Shown: piece by piece, positions 21,371 to 31,334 of the stretch
Position numbering within the stretch: the stretch's first letter is position 1
How the letters are laid out: each line of letters begins with the position of its first letter
Source of the DNA: an uncultured Hormoscilla sp.
GTDB lineage: Bacteria > Cyanobacteriota > Cyanobacteriia > Cyanobacteriales > Desertifilaceae
Assembly (NCBI GenBank): GCA_963921275.4
Contig: OZ001293.3
Location: 6,080,001 to 6,144,000 of the forward strand
Reading direction: 5' to 3'
Length of the DNA stretch: 64,000 nt
The notes under the pieces: generated by a model
Seen by the model: only the letters and a program-made list of their open reading frames with translations
Databases searched by the model: none
What the model was told of the DNA's origin: nothing
Translations under genes and position numbers: made by a program

Positions 21371-21664
21371 TTACTGCCTTAAAAAGCGCAGTTTTTGACC
21401 GTTCGCAGTATATACTTGAATTTTCTCTAGAGCTTGTTTTGGCGTTCATAATCTTCTGTCAAAAGGTCAGGTAAGCCTGTTTAGCATGACCAAAACATTT
21501 TCTCTTTCACTTTTACCTCACTTCCCTATTCTTCCTTACCCATTCTCGGGTGTCAATGGTGATAATACTGAATCTTAAGCGCAACTTCAAACACTTATAT
21601 CTAGAACCGGTCTGCCGCCACTTGCAGGATGCTAGCTTAACATGAACTTATTTTTTTAGGAATA

Positions 21665-21815
21665 ACTCAAGTTGCTCCCTACACAAACACAATGCCTAAA
21701 GAAGCTCTCCCCTGCCGTTTTCTAGTTCCAATAGAGACTATATTTATTCATTTTAGCCTCTATTTTTCTCAAGAACCTCGTCTTCGGGTATATTTTTATC
21801 GGTAGCAACTTGGGT
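21665..21815. mobile_element. IS982-type MITE with 8-bp target-site duplication TAGGAATA
   Basis: Ends ACTCAAGTTGC...GCAACTTGGGT; TAGGAATA at 21657-21664 and 21816-21823. Confidence 0.85.
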
Positions 21816-21948
21816 TAGGAATAAAGCTATTCCTAAAACTACTTGTAAGTCCTGCTTCCTGTTCGGCCAGCGCTCTCGATCAGATATTACCTGTTCAACA
21901 TCATAGCATGTGCAATATCTTTTGAACCGAATTGACAGGCAATTCCAA

Positions 21949-22875
21949 CTATCGATCACCCAGGATCTGCTCTAAAGCTGATTTCACGGTCCGATATTGA
22001 TACTCAAAGCCCGAGTCCAAGGTGCGTTTGGGCAAAACCTGTTGACCTTCCAGAACTACCTTGGCCCCATCTCCCAATAATAACTCTAAAGCTATGTTGG
22101 GCACTGGCAACCAGGAAGGTCGTTTTAAGACAAGTCCCAGATTCTGGCATAATTCCGATAACCGGACTGGGTTGGGTGCAGTGGCGTTGAATACTCCTTC
22201 AACTTCCCGATGACCTAGGGAAAACAAAATCAGGTTAACCACGTCCTCTCGGTGAATCCAGGAGAACCACTGACGACCGGTGCCTAGGGGACCGCCGACA
22301 AACATTCTGAAGGCGGGTAGCATTTTGGCTAACGCCCCTCCCATGCCCAGGACAATGCCCAGGCGCAGAATCACCAGTCGCACCCCAGCATCTTTTACTT
22401 TCTGAGCTTCCGCTTCCCATTGGGTACAGACATTCGCCAGAAAATCGGCACCCGCTGGACTGCTTTCGACAAAAGTGGCCGTTTCGCTAGTGCCATAGTA
22501 GCCGATCGCGGAAGCATTCACCAACACTTGGGGCTTGGGGTCGGCCTTGGATATCGCTTCCACGATTTTTGCAGTCCCAATGAGGCGACTATCTCCGATC
22601 GACTGCTGGTATTTTGGAGTCCAGCGTTCGGAGGCAATGGGCGCACCCGCTAGGTTTACCACCGCGTCACAGCCTGCGATCGCTCCTTGCCAGTCCCTTG
22701 ATGCCGTGGGTCTATAGGTGACAATTTCTAAATTACCGAAAGCAGTAGGAGGAAAGACTCGCTTGGCCCTGGTTCCGTCGCGACTGAGAACCAGTATTTG
22801 CTCTCCTTGTGCATGTAGACGCTCTACTAACCGACTACCGACAAATCCCGTCGCACCTGTAATTGCTACTTTCAT
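21949..22875 (-). CDS. TIGR01777 family NAD-dependent epimerase
   Basis: MKVAITGATGFVG, VNLAGAPI, SAIGYYG, WIHREDVV. Confidence 0.92.
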   Translation of the reverse strand: MKVAITGATGFVGSRLVERLHAQGEQILVLSRDGTRAKRVFPPTAFGNLEIVTYRPTASRDWQGAIAGCDAVVNLAGAPIASERWTPKYQQSIGDSRLIGTAKIVEAISKADPKPQVLVNASAIGYYGTSETATFVESSPAGADFLANVCTQWEAEAQKVKDAGVRLVILRLGIVLGMGGALAKMLPAFRMFVGGPLGTGRQWFSWIHREDVVNLILFSLGHREVEGVFNATAPNPVRLSELCQNLGLVLKRPSWLPVPNIALELLLGDGAKVVLEGQQVLPKRTLDSGFEYQYRTVKSALEQILGDR

Positions 22876-23183
22876 AGACCTCACCTCCACTTGCTCTAGT
22901 TTACAACACTCCGGGAAGGTGCATCTGACTTTTGCTGCTAGCATATTCGCTCCGGAGCCCAGAAACCAGGTATATGGGAAAAACCTGGTTTCTTAATCTG
23001 GTGTCGAGCTTGCGGTGTAATACCATTTTGGAAAAACAATACTACAATTAGTTTCAGCATCATCTTTTTAGTCGGTATAACACCGAGTGATCGCGCAGCG
23101 CGGCGTCAGCCGTGCGCTATCGGCCTTTGGGTTTGAACCGGAAGGTGTCGAGTGGGTAGTGTTCAGGAGATGTCCCCGAGGTA

Positions 23184-23483
23184 GTGCGGGAAATCTTGTG
23201 CGCACAATATCGATCGGAAGCCGAATCAGATCCTAACGGATATGTTTCCACTCCCACCTTGTCCCTGACGCGCAAATTGATTCGGCAAAATGTGGTGATA
23301 TCCGCCTTGGAGCTGGCGATCGAACATCTAAGGGACTTTAGCTGTGAAAGCGACGGCAACATCGTCACCTGTCGCAGTCTTGACTCTATGTGCCCAGAAC
23401 CCTACGATGGTCGTTACGCCAAGTACAACGAACCGACTTGGGTGATTGAACAACATACAGAGCCCTGCATTGCAAAGCAATAA
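23184..23483 (+). CDS. Hypothetical protein (possibly a fragment)
   Basis: 99-aa ORF, no recognised motif. Confidence 0.3.
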   Translation: MREILCAQYRSEAESDPNGYVSTPTLSLTRKLIRQNVVISALELAIEHLRDFSCESDGNIVTCRSLDSMCPEPYDGRYAKYNEPTWVIEQHTEPCIAKQ

Positions 23484-23575
23484 TAATTTTACAGAAAACC
23501 GGGTTTTTTAATTCCTGCCTGGTCCCCGATTGTAGTAGACTTGATTTTCATCCGATCGAATATTTTGATAGTCCA

Positions 23576-24265
23576 GTGCTGATATCTGCCTCTGTTATTG
23601 CCTTAGAGTTAAAACTTGCCGTCGTAGCAGTCTGGTTGGGAGTCCTGTTCCTGCTAGCCGCGTGGCTACATCGCGACACCCAGACCGATGCCGAAATCGT
23701 CCGCAAGGTGGTTCACATTGGTTCGGGTAATGTAATTTTGCTAGCCTGGTGGCTGGCTATACCGGCTTGGATCGGGATTTCGGCCTCGATCGTATTTAGT
23801 GCGATTACCGTCACCTCCTACTTCGTGCCAATTTTACCAGGTATCAACAGTGTGGGACGGCAAAGTTGGGGGACATTTTTCTATGCTGTCAGCATCGGAT
23901 TGCTAGTTGCGGCATTTTGGCCCTTGCAACAACCCCAGTATGCCGCCTTGGGAGTCTTGATGATGACCTGGGGAGATGGTTTAGCTGCGCTGATCGGTCA
24001 GCGATCTGGACGTCATCAATATTATGTCTGGGGGATACAAAAGAGTTGGGAAGGTTCTGGGACGATGTTCGCAGTCTGCTATCTTATCTGTAGCCTGATT
24101 TTCCTCGGAGTCTATGGCAATCTCTGGCAAACCTGGCTGCTGAGTTTGGTTGTGGCTGTGGTGGCTACCGGTTTGGAAGCTTTCTCTAAATTGGGCATTG
24201 ATAATCTGACCGTACCCTTGGGGAGTGCTGCCGTGGCTTTTGCTTTAATGCAGATGGCGCTATAA
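23576..24265 (+). CDS. Phytol/polyprenol kinase (cytidylyltransferase-like) family membrane protein
   Basis: RKVVHIGSG, WGDGLAALIG, KSWEGS and GIDNLTVP motifs. Confidence 0.9.
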   Translation: MLISASVIALELKLAVVAVWLGVLFLLAAWLHRDTQTDAEIVRKVVHIGSGNVILLAWWLAIPAWIGISASIVFSAITVTSYFVPILPGINSVGRQSWGTFFYAVSIGLLVAAFWPLQQPQYAALGVLMMTWGDGLAALIGQRSGRHQYYVWGIQKSWEGSGTMFAVCYLICSLIFLGVYGNLWQTWLLSLVVAVVATGLEAFSKLGIDNLTVPLGSAAVAFALMQMAL

Positions 24266-24339
24266 TGACAATTAAAATTATTATAGCGTTGTAGAGGCAG
24301 GTTGAATATTCATCCAATTTCTCTAATAAATAAACAAGT

Positions 24340-25566
24340 TTATAGTAGATTTTGCCCCTTTACGTATATGGGTACAGGGCGGCGATCGCCAAGGAGATGC
24401 AGGTATCGATCGGGAACATCCTGAACCAGTTCTGGCTCTGGAATTGTTTCACAACGGGGCACAGAGAGAATCAAAGGCTCATCAAAGGACTTGTTAAAGA
24501 ACTGGCTTGCTATTTCCCGAGCAAGTATTTCTGACATCAAAGATGGAACTGCATTACCAATCTGTCTTTGGATTTCTGTTTGAGGACCATTAATTTTGAA
24601 GTTCTTGGGAAAAGTCTGAATTGCGGCCATTTACTGCCAGGAAAGTTTTCTGTTTTGCCAATGAAATGGGCCAATAGCCGAGCCAGGCTGAGCTTGGATA
24701 GTCCAGCTTGGTAGTCTTTTTGATAGTTTGAGCAAGAAACTCCAATACCTCGTCCTCCATCCAAATAAAGGCAAGCCACCCTTGCGATCGGTGTGCCAAA
24801 GGTAGTTCTCATTTTCTGGTATAGACGGCAGCAAATCAGCCCACTTTCCGCCAAGCTTGAGTTTCTGGCTCTTGTCCTCTGGAATATCTCCGATCGCTTC
24901 CCATGCAGAAATATAAGGGCTAAACCCCATATTACTGAGGAAGGTAGTTTCTGCCTCTTCAATAGGAATGTGAGTTGGTTGAGGAAAACGAAAGCGTTTG
25001 CCATTTATCGCAGCAATCAGAAAAAAACGCACGCGCATCTGTGGCACGCCATAATCAGCAACATTTAGAACCGCCCAAGCAGGACTATAATTAACACCAC
25101 AACGACAGTTGATCTCGCTGATTCTTTCAATAATAAACTGAAAACCCTCTTCCTTGCCGTTATAGTTCAGCCCATGCACATTTTCTAACAGGAACACCTT
25201 GGGCAGTATATCCTCAACGAACCGGAAATAGTGAGAGAGTGTATTGGCACGTAGATCTTTCAGTCTGAGTGTATCTCCTTTGCTCCAATAGGCAGACTTT
25301 GAGAAGGGTTGACAGGGAGGACCGCCAAGGAGTACATCACAGGAACTCTTTTTGGTGCCAATTATTCTAGCGATTTCACTGCTAACAACTTCTTCTACGG
25401 GAGCATGAAGGACATTTTCTCGGTGATTGAGACGTAATGTATTGACTGAATACTTGTCATAGTCATTTGAGAACTGGATCTTGAACCCAGCAGCTTCAAA
25501 ACCGTAGTCAAGTCCACCACACCCTGAGAACAGACTTACGGCTTGAAAATCAGATTTCTGGGTCAT
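24340..25566 (-). pseudogene. C5 cytosine DNA methyltransferase with an in-frame TAA at 24631-24633
   Basis: LFSGCGG, GGPPCQPFS, ENV and QMRVR motifs; RKLSWQ*MAAIQTFP..QIGNAVP continues in the same frame. Confidence 0.92.
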
Positions 25567-26540
25567 AAACTACCTCCGTTTTCTTTCTGTTGATGGCACC
25601 GATGATATCTGCGAGACCATTTTTTGAGATCCGCTCAAAAATCTCTGACCAAGGCTTTGTCTCTTCGGCAATGGAAATATGCACGTTTACTTCTGCGCTT
25701 GCCCCAGTACCCCAGGCGCGAAGACCTATGCCAGGAGTCCGCTTTGGCTTCTTCTGGAGTATGCGGATCGACTTCATTGCGGAGATCAGATGAAACTCGG
25801 GATTGGCAAACTCATCCCGAATGCTATCCCAATGGCGAGTCGTCATTCCGTAGACAAACTTGTCTTCTGCATCTCTAATTCTTGTACCGGAGTAGTCATT
25901 TATGATTCTCCAGACGATAGCCTCATTGTCATCAAACAATGGAATCAGATGAGTGTTGATAGACTCGACAATAGTATAGTCGATCGCCACTACGTAAAGG
26001 AGGTTTGGTTCTTTTTCTATAGCATCATAGGCTTTATAGACGGGGATTGGAATGCAGTCATCAGGCTTCAAGCCAACGAGTTGCTCCGCATTTTCAAATC
26101 GCGTCCCTGCATTTTTTACATTGACAGGAAGACGTAATTTGCCTTCGGTAAGAGTGAAGTCAATCAGGGTGTGTCCTGACTCTCTATCGTCTTCATAGTC
26201 AACTGTACTACGTTGGCATAGCAAATTATCAAGTTTTTCGATAAAACGTTGCAGCTGGGAAGAGCTTTGTGATTGGGTTTTCCGCAGATCCTGTTTTGGT
26301 TCTTGGCTTAATTCTACACAGGAAACCATCTCGCACAAGTGTGGGGACAATTTCCCGTGCTTTGGTGAGGGAAAAGCAGCCCCTCTCATACAGGTGACGT
26401 GCGACAGCTTCTTGTGAACGCTCTTGGTTTATTAACCACAGATAAGCCTTTGAAGTCCAGTGCCTATCCATCGCGAATCTGGAAGGACGGCTTGTATGGC
26501 CTGCGCTGCTTCTGTTTCGGTATAGTTTATATTCGCCATT
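25550..26540 (-). pseudogene. Putative restriction endonuclease partner, frameshifted
   Basis: Overlaps the methyltransferase start; LIDFTL...VNVKNAG resembles a PD-(D/E)xK-like core; coding split over frames near 26250 and 26470. Confidence 0.6.
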
Positions 26541-26618
26541 AGCAATTTTCCATAGCGTTCCGGCGTCGCGCACTGCGTATACGCAAATACAAATGCATGC
26601 ATTATCGTTGCTCCCTTA

Positions 26619-27407
26619 CTATCTTAATCCTTGTTGTCGCAAAAGTGCATTTGCCCAAGCTGCATCTGTTTGGGATAAGCGCGGCACGGGTTCTTGAGAG
26701 TAATCGATCTTCAAGTCGTAGCTACCAATGTCATATATTCCAGTTAATAAATCTCGTAAGTCTATAACTGGTTCGGGATCTTCGGCACGCAATGGCAAGG
26801 GAAACGATGGAATTTGATTTTGGAGGTTAAAGGCATATAAATCGGCTTTGGGACGCTGTTGACCGCGACTAACTAAAATCCGATAGTGACTTTTGATTCC
26901 CTTATTGACAATTGGCATCTGTTTCCCCGATCGCAGTAAATCTATTTCCACAAAATTAGTCGAACTTCCTAAGATTTGCTCGCGTTTCGTGAGATAAGCA
27001 TCTCGTCCTTTTCCCATTCTTTTATTAACAGGAGATAAGACTTCAATGCTAGTTACAACTTTCTTGGTTGCCACCTCCTTGATTTCTAAATAACCTTGCC
27101 GAACAGTTATTGGCATTGGTAGGGTTACTGTTATTGGTTCTGCTGTCGGTGCCGCCACCGCAACTGCCGTGGGGTTTGAGGTACTAATTTTACCTGCTTT
27201 TGACAGCACCGATACATCGGGAATACCCACAAGCAAAGATTGTTCGTCGTTGCTTTCATACATTCGTACTTCTACCGAAACCACATATTTCGGACGTAGT
27301 TGAGGCGATAATGATTGCGCGATCGCCGTTATTAAAAAGTGATGGAATCCCGGCCATAAATCAGGATGTTCCAAATAGGTATCCATGCCGGGAAATGGGG
27401 ATGGCAT
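26619..27407 (-). CDS. DUF4058 family protein
   Basis: MPSPFPGMDTYLE, IEVLSPVNK and VEIDLLRSG motifs. Confidence 0.92.
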   Translation of the reverse strand: MPSPFPGMDTYLEHPDLWPGFHHFLITAIAQSLSPQLRPKYVVSVEVRMYESNDEQSLLVGIPDVSVLSKAGKISTSNPTAVAVAAPTAEPITVTLPMPITVRQGYLEIKEVATKKVVTSIEVLSPVNKRMGKGRDAYLTKREQILGSSTNFVEIDLLRSGKQMPIVNKGIKSHYRILVSRGQQRPKADLYAFNLQNQIPSFPLPLRAEDPEPVIDLRDLLTGIYDIGSYDLKIDYSQEPVPRLSQTDAAWANALLRQQGLR

Positions 27408-27518
27408 TAGTTTTCCTCCTTATCGGTTAAGTCTAGCAACTATTATATCTTAATACTAGATTATCCGCTTGTAAACTTAGGAAATTGGGGCGATCGCCTC
27501 CGTGAGCGCGACATAAAT

Positions 27519-28113
27519 TTAGTCTTCTACTTCCTTTTCTTCTTCCTCAAACCGGACATACTCGTACAGATCCGTTAAGGATATTTCAAACTAAACCGAT
27601 ACTAGAGATAAAACCGACTCTTCTGATTCTAGGTAACGAATTAACCAGTTGTCATCATCATTTTTGATATAATGTTCTACATCAAACCTGTATTGGTCGA
27701 TCGTGATATATTCTTTAAAAGTGGGAATCTATCGATAAAATTGAAACTTATCTCCTCGATTGTAATTGCGGGTTTAATTGGATAGCACTTCCACAATGAC
27801 AGCAGGATTTGTGACCGTATCTTTGCGGTTATCATGGTAGGCAATATCGCCACAGATAATTTGCAAGTCTGGGTAGGTGTAGCGGGGATGGGCAGGGATC
27901 CAGAGGCGAACATCACTGCTAAAAAAGCTGTTTTTTTGGCCCCGCCAACTTTAAGAAAGCAACTAAATTGAGCGCAATGCGATTATGATTCGCAGTGCAG
28001 CCCGTTATGGATGCAATTTCTCCGTTGTGGTATTCGTGTTTGATGTCCGACTTGGACTCCAATGCCAAATATTCTTCTGGAGTGTAGGTGTGAGGCTTTG
28101 CTTGCACTAACAT
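27519..28113 (-). pseudogene. Uma2 family endonuclease, fragmented
   Basis: YTPEEYLALESKSDIKHEYHNGEI..TANHNRIALN followed by stops and frameshifts; tail ISLTDLYEYVRFE. Confidence 0.85.
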
Positions 28114-28129
28114 GGTTGATATCCTGGTC

Positions 28130-28233
28130 GTTTGTAGTAAACGCTAAAGCGTTTGCCGTTTGTAGTAAACGCTAAAGCGTTTGCCGTTTGTAGTAAACGC
28201 TAAAGCGTTTGCGGGTTTGTAGTAAACGCTTTA
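28130..28233. repeat. Tandem array of 28-29 bp units GTTTGTAGT-AAACGCTAAAGCGTTT-GCC
   Basis: Units start at 28130, 28158, 28186 and 28215; no spacers. Confidence 0.9.
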
Positions 28234-28503
28234 GGGAACTCCAAGTAAATAATCCTCCTTTAGGATCCAGTAGTCCAGATGCACCAGTTGGTACAGCGAT
28301 AGAAATTGGGTAATTTAACCTAAGTTGCTACCTATAGAACCTCAACTCCTTGCAAAGCGCCAAAATCAGCCAAAATCAGCCAAAATTACCTTGTGATTTA
28401 CCCCAAAACAGCATTTTGGCGAATAAATTTACCAAAATGGCTGTCTGGGAGGTCGCAATTTTTATAGGTAGCAACTTGAGTTAATTTATTTTTTGGAAGT
28501 CCC
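28234..28503. mobile_element. MITE (GGGAACTCCAA...TTGGAAGTCCC) with TTA target-site duplication
   Basis: Inserted in the loop of the fourth palindromic unit; TTA on both sides. Confidence 0.75.
28318..28481. mobile_element. Nested IS982-type MITE with 7-bp target-site duplication TAATTTA
   Basis: Ends ACCTAAGTTGCTACCTATA...TATAGGTAGCAACTTGAGT; TAATTTA at 28311-28317 and 28482-28488. Confidence 0.88.
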
Positions 28504-28893
28504 TTAGCATTTTAGCGATCGCATCGGGGCAGGGCATCAGTGAATTGAGCGGATGTTCCGACCGATTATCTTCTGCGGTGCCCCGGAGATCGTCCCAGAA
28601 TTGTAGATGCTGCGCCGACCCGGGACCGGTTGCACCTTCGATGTCCCCCAGAGGGGACGCGCTATTCGCACTACCCCAGAGACATCGCGAAGTCATTCTG
28701 ACGCCAGTGCCAAAGATGGTGACGGAGAAATAGCTGCGTTGGGTTAGAAGTGAAAATTGCTATAAATCAAAAGCCCTGGAATAGAGTTCTTCCAGGGCTT
28801 CATTTTTACAGAGAATATTTATCATGCCAACAACTAGAGCAGCTGGACATATCTGCTCCGATCTCCACTAGCTGGATGAAAATCGGTCAGTTA

Positions 28894-29028
28894 TTATACC
28901 CAATGGCTGTAAAAATCGCCATCAAATGGTTGTACGCCAATGGATGGGTAGTCTTCACCATTAGGACGAAAGATTTCGTTGAAGGCTTCCACTAGATATT
29001 GGATCAGTTCATTCATGGAAATTTTCAT
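28894..29028 (-). CDS. atpT: Small protein resembling the ATP synthase inhibitor AtpTheta (Norf1); not in the ORF track
   Basis: MKISMNELIQYLVEAFNEIFRPNGEDYPSIGVQPFDGDFYSHWV (44 aa); QY..EA..IF.P..D.YP.IGVQPF.G family motif; GGAG RBS. Confidence 0.75.
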   Translation of the reverse strand: MKISMNELIQYLVEAFNEIFRPNGEDYPSIGVQPFDGDFYSHWV

Positions 29029-29415
29029 CGTACCATCTCCTTCTTAAATGACTTGCTATATCTCCATCATAGGGGCTGTAATCGTGAATGGGATCGATAC
29101 TATAGGATTATTAATATTTTGTTACTTTTGGCAATATTTTATGTAAAAAAACTACATAAAAATAATTTGATTAAGTTATATTAAGTCAGTTATCAGGCCG
29201 AAACCACTTGATTGCAGTGATTATAAGCCCTCTAGCTGGGAGATCGAGCCACTAGCTTTAGTAAAAGCAATAACTCCGATCATTGTTACAGTTTGTAACG
29301 AACTTCTGAGCGATTGCCGGTATATACAGGGATAAAGTTACTATCATCAAAAGACACGCGCAGTCAGACTGACAATGGCTGCCTGTTATGCCTGTGTTGG
29401 TCGGGACTAGCGCCG

Positions 29416-29529
29416 GTAAACGCTAAAGCGTTTACTACAAACCCGCAAACGCTAAAGCGTTTACTACAAACCCGCAAACGCTAAAGCGTTTACTACAAAC
29501 CCACAAACGCTAAAGCGTTTACTACAAAC
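29416..29529. repeat. Tandem array of 29-bp units AAACGCTAAAGCGTTT-ACTACAAACCCGC, inverted relative to the 28130 array
   Basis: Four units; the last overlaps the nadB stop codon. Confidence 0.9.
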
Positions 29530-31216
29530 GATTCTTTTTGGCGTTGACAGGGAAAAGTTCTATCCGATCGCCGACTACTACAGTATGCACTTCCCACGCA
29601 GCTGCCGTTTCAGGATAATCTTTGCGATAATGTCCGCCCCGACTTTCGGTGCGAAATATTGCACTTTTGAGCATTAAATAGCCGATATCCAATAAATTCA
29701 TCGTTTCTGCCGCAATTTTTAATTGTTGGGAGGCAATTTCCGACTCAAATTGGATGCTTTCGGTGGCCGATAAATTCAAAATATATTTGCCAATCTCTAA
29801 ATCTGCCAACTTCCAACGCCAGGAACAAACTTGAGAGATCGCCTCTTCTAACACAGACTGCGTTCGACAAATCCCCGCACTATGCCACATTAAGGCCGGC
29901 AACTTTTCTCTCACCAACTCTACCTGCTCTATTTCCCTACTCCAGTCTCCCTTGAACGCTGTCAAAGACTCGTCCACCTTACTATCTACCCTATGGTGGG
30001 CGGTGGCCACCCTACCGCTAACTGGTTCCACTTCCAAAGAAAGCAGTTGCGCGGCAAACACAATACATTCTAACAAAGAATTGCTCGCCAAACGATTTGC
30101 TCCATGCACTCCCGTACTGGCAGTCTCGCCAATGGCATATAACCCCAGTATAGAAGTAGCATTCATCAAATCAACCGCCACCCCTCCCATCCAATAATGA
30201 GCAGCGGGTGCTACTGGTATCGGTTGCTGGAAAACATCTACCCCCCACTGCTGACATGTTTGGATGATATTCGGGAAACGATAGCGAACCCTTGAGGGGA
30301 CGATCGCTCGCAAGTCTAAATATACATTAGCCGTTGCCGGATCTGGGGCGGTTTTTTCTAAATGGTTAAAAATTGCCCGACTGACCACATCTCGCGGCGC
30401 TAACTCTCCTTTGGAATGGTAATCAAAGGCAAAACGCCTGCCCGACCCATCTACCAAATGGGCCCCCTCTCCTCGTACCGCTTCGCTAATCAGAAAGTGA
30501 GGTGCCCTCGGTTGGCTGAGGGCCGTGGGATGAAATTGCACGAATTCTAAATCCCGCACTGCTGCCCCCGCCCGCCAAGCGAGGGCGACTCCATCTCCGG
30601 TACTTACTGAGGGGTTGGTGGTTTTGGCGAATATTTGACCCCCCCCACCGGTGGCTAAAATTACTGCATTTGCCGGAAGCCACAGGATTTGATTTTGGTA
30701 CAGGAGGCTGATACCCTGGCAGCGGCCGGTTTGGGGGTTTTGCCACAAGCTGAGGGCAAAGGCTTGGGATAATAACTGGATGTTGGGGCGTTCCGATACT
30801 CTAGCTGTGAGGATCTCAACGATCGCCCGTCCAGTGGTATCTTGAGAATGCAGGACTCGGGACCGAGAATGGGCAGCTTCTAGGGTTGTTGCTAGTTTGT
30901 TATTAACTGCGTCAAAGGCTACTCCTAGTTTTACTAAGGAGGCGATCGCTTCTGGGGCGTTTTCTACAAGAAATTCTGCTGCGGCGCGATCGCACAAACC
31001 TACCCCTGCATTTAAGGTATCTTCCAGATGCAGTTGGGGGGAGTCGTTGTCCGCTATTGCTGCCGCTATTCCTCCTTGGGCCCATTTACTCGAACCGGTT
31101 CGGAGTTTGTCTTTAGTAACTAGGCCCACGCGATAGCGTTCTGACAGACACAGGGTAGCATAGAGTCCGGCTGCTCCCGAGCCCACTACGATAATATCAA
31201 AGGTCGAGTTGTTCAA
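29522..31216 (-). CDS. nadB: L-aspartate oxidase
   Basis: GSGAAG, WAQGGIAAA, VQFHPT, GVHGANRLASNSLLE and ESRGGHYR motifs. Confidence 0.97.
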   Translation of the reverse strand: MNNSTFDIIVVGSGAAGLYATLCLSERYRVGLVTKDKLRTGSSKWAQGGIAAAIADNDSPQLHLEDTLNAGVGLCDRAAAEFLVENAPEAIASLVKLGVAFDAVNNKLATTLEAAHSRSRVLHSQDTTGRAIVEILTARVSERPNIQLLSQAFALSLWQNPQTGRCQGISLLYQNQILWLPANAVILATGGGGQIFAKTTNPSVSTGDGVALAWRAGAAVRDLEFVQFHPTALSQPRAPHFLISEAVRGEGAHLVDGSGRRFAFDYHSKGELAPRDVVSRAIFNHLEKTAPDPATANVYLDLRAIVPSRVRYRFPNIIQTCQQWGVDVFQQPIPVAPAAHYWMGGVAVDLMNATSILGLYAIGETASTGVHGANRLASNSLLECIVFAAQLLSLEVEPVSGRVATAHHRVDSKVDESLTAFKGDWSREIEQVELVREKLPALMWHSAGICRTQSVLEEAISQVCSWRWKLADLEIGKYILNLSATESIQFESEIASQQLKIAAETMNLLDIGYLMLKSAIFRTESRGGHYRKDYPETAAAWEVHTVVVGDRIELFPVNAKKNRL

Positions 31217-31283
31217 TTTTTTCTCCAGATTTTAGAATATTTTTATAACTCTAACTTCTAAAATTTACACTACCTTAACATAT

Positions 31284-31304
31284 TTTTGGTAAACTTCACT
31301 ATAA
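31284..31304. promoter_or_regulatory. Putative NrtR operator
   Basis: TTTTG-GT-AAACTTC-AC-TATAA, a GT-N7-AC imperfect palindrome between divergent nadB and pncB, with nrtR in the operon. Confidence 0.7.
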
Positions 31305-31334
31305 TAAAAAGGCAAGTGCCTTCAGGAGCAGATA

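Noticed and set aside
22876..22944. N-terminal extension of the TIGR01777 protein
   Set aside because: The family starts at MKVAITG, which has a GAGG RBS just upstream
28130..29529. Possible CRISPR arrays
   Set aside because: The 28-29 bp palindromic units are directly adjacent with no unique spacers, and no cas genes are present
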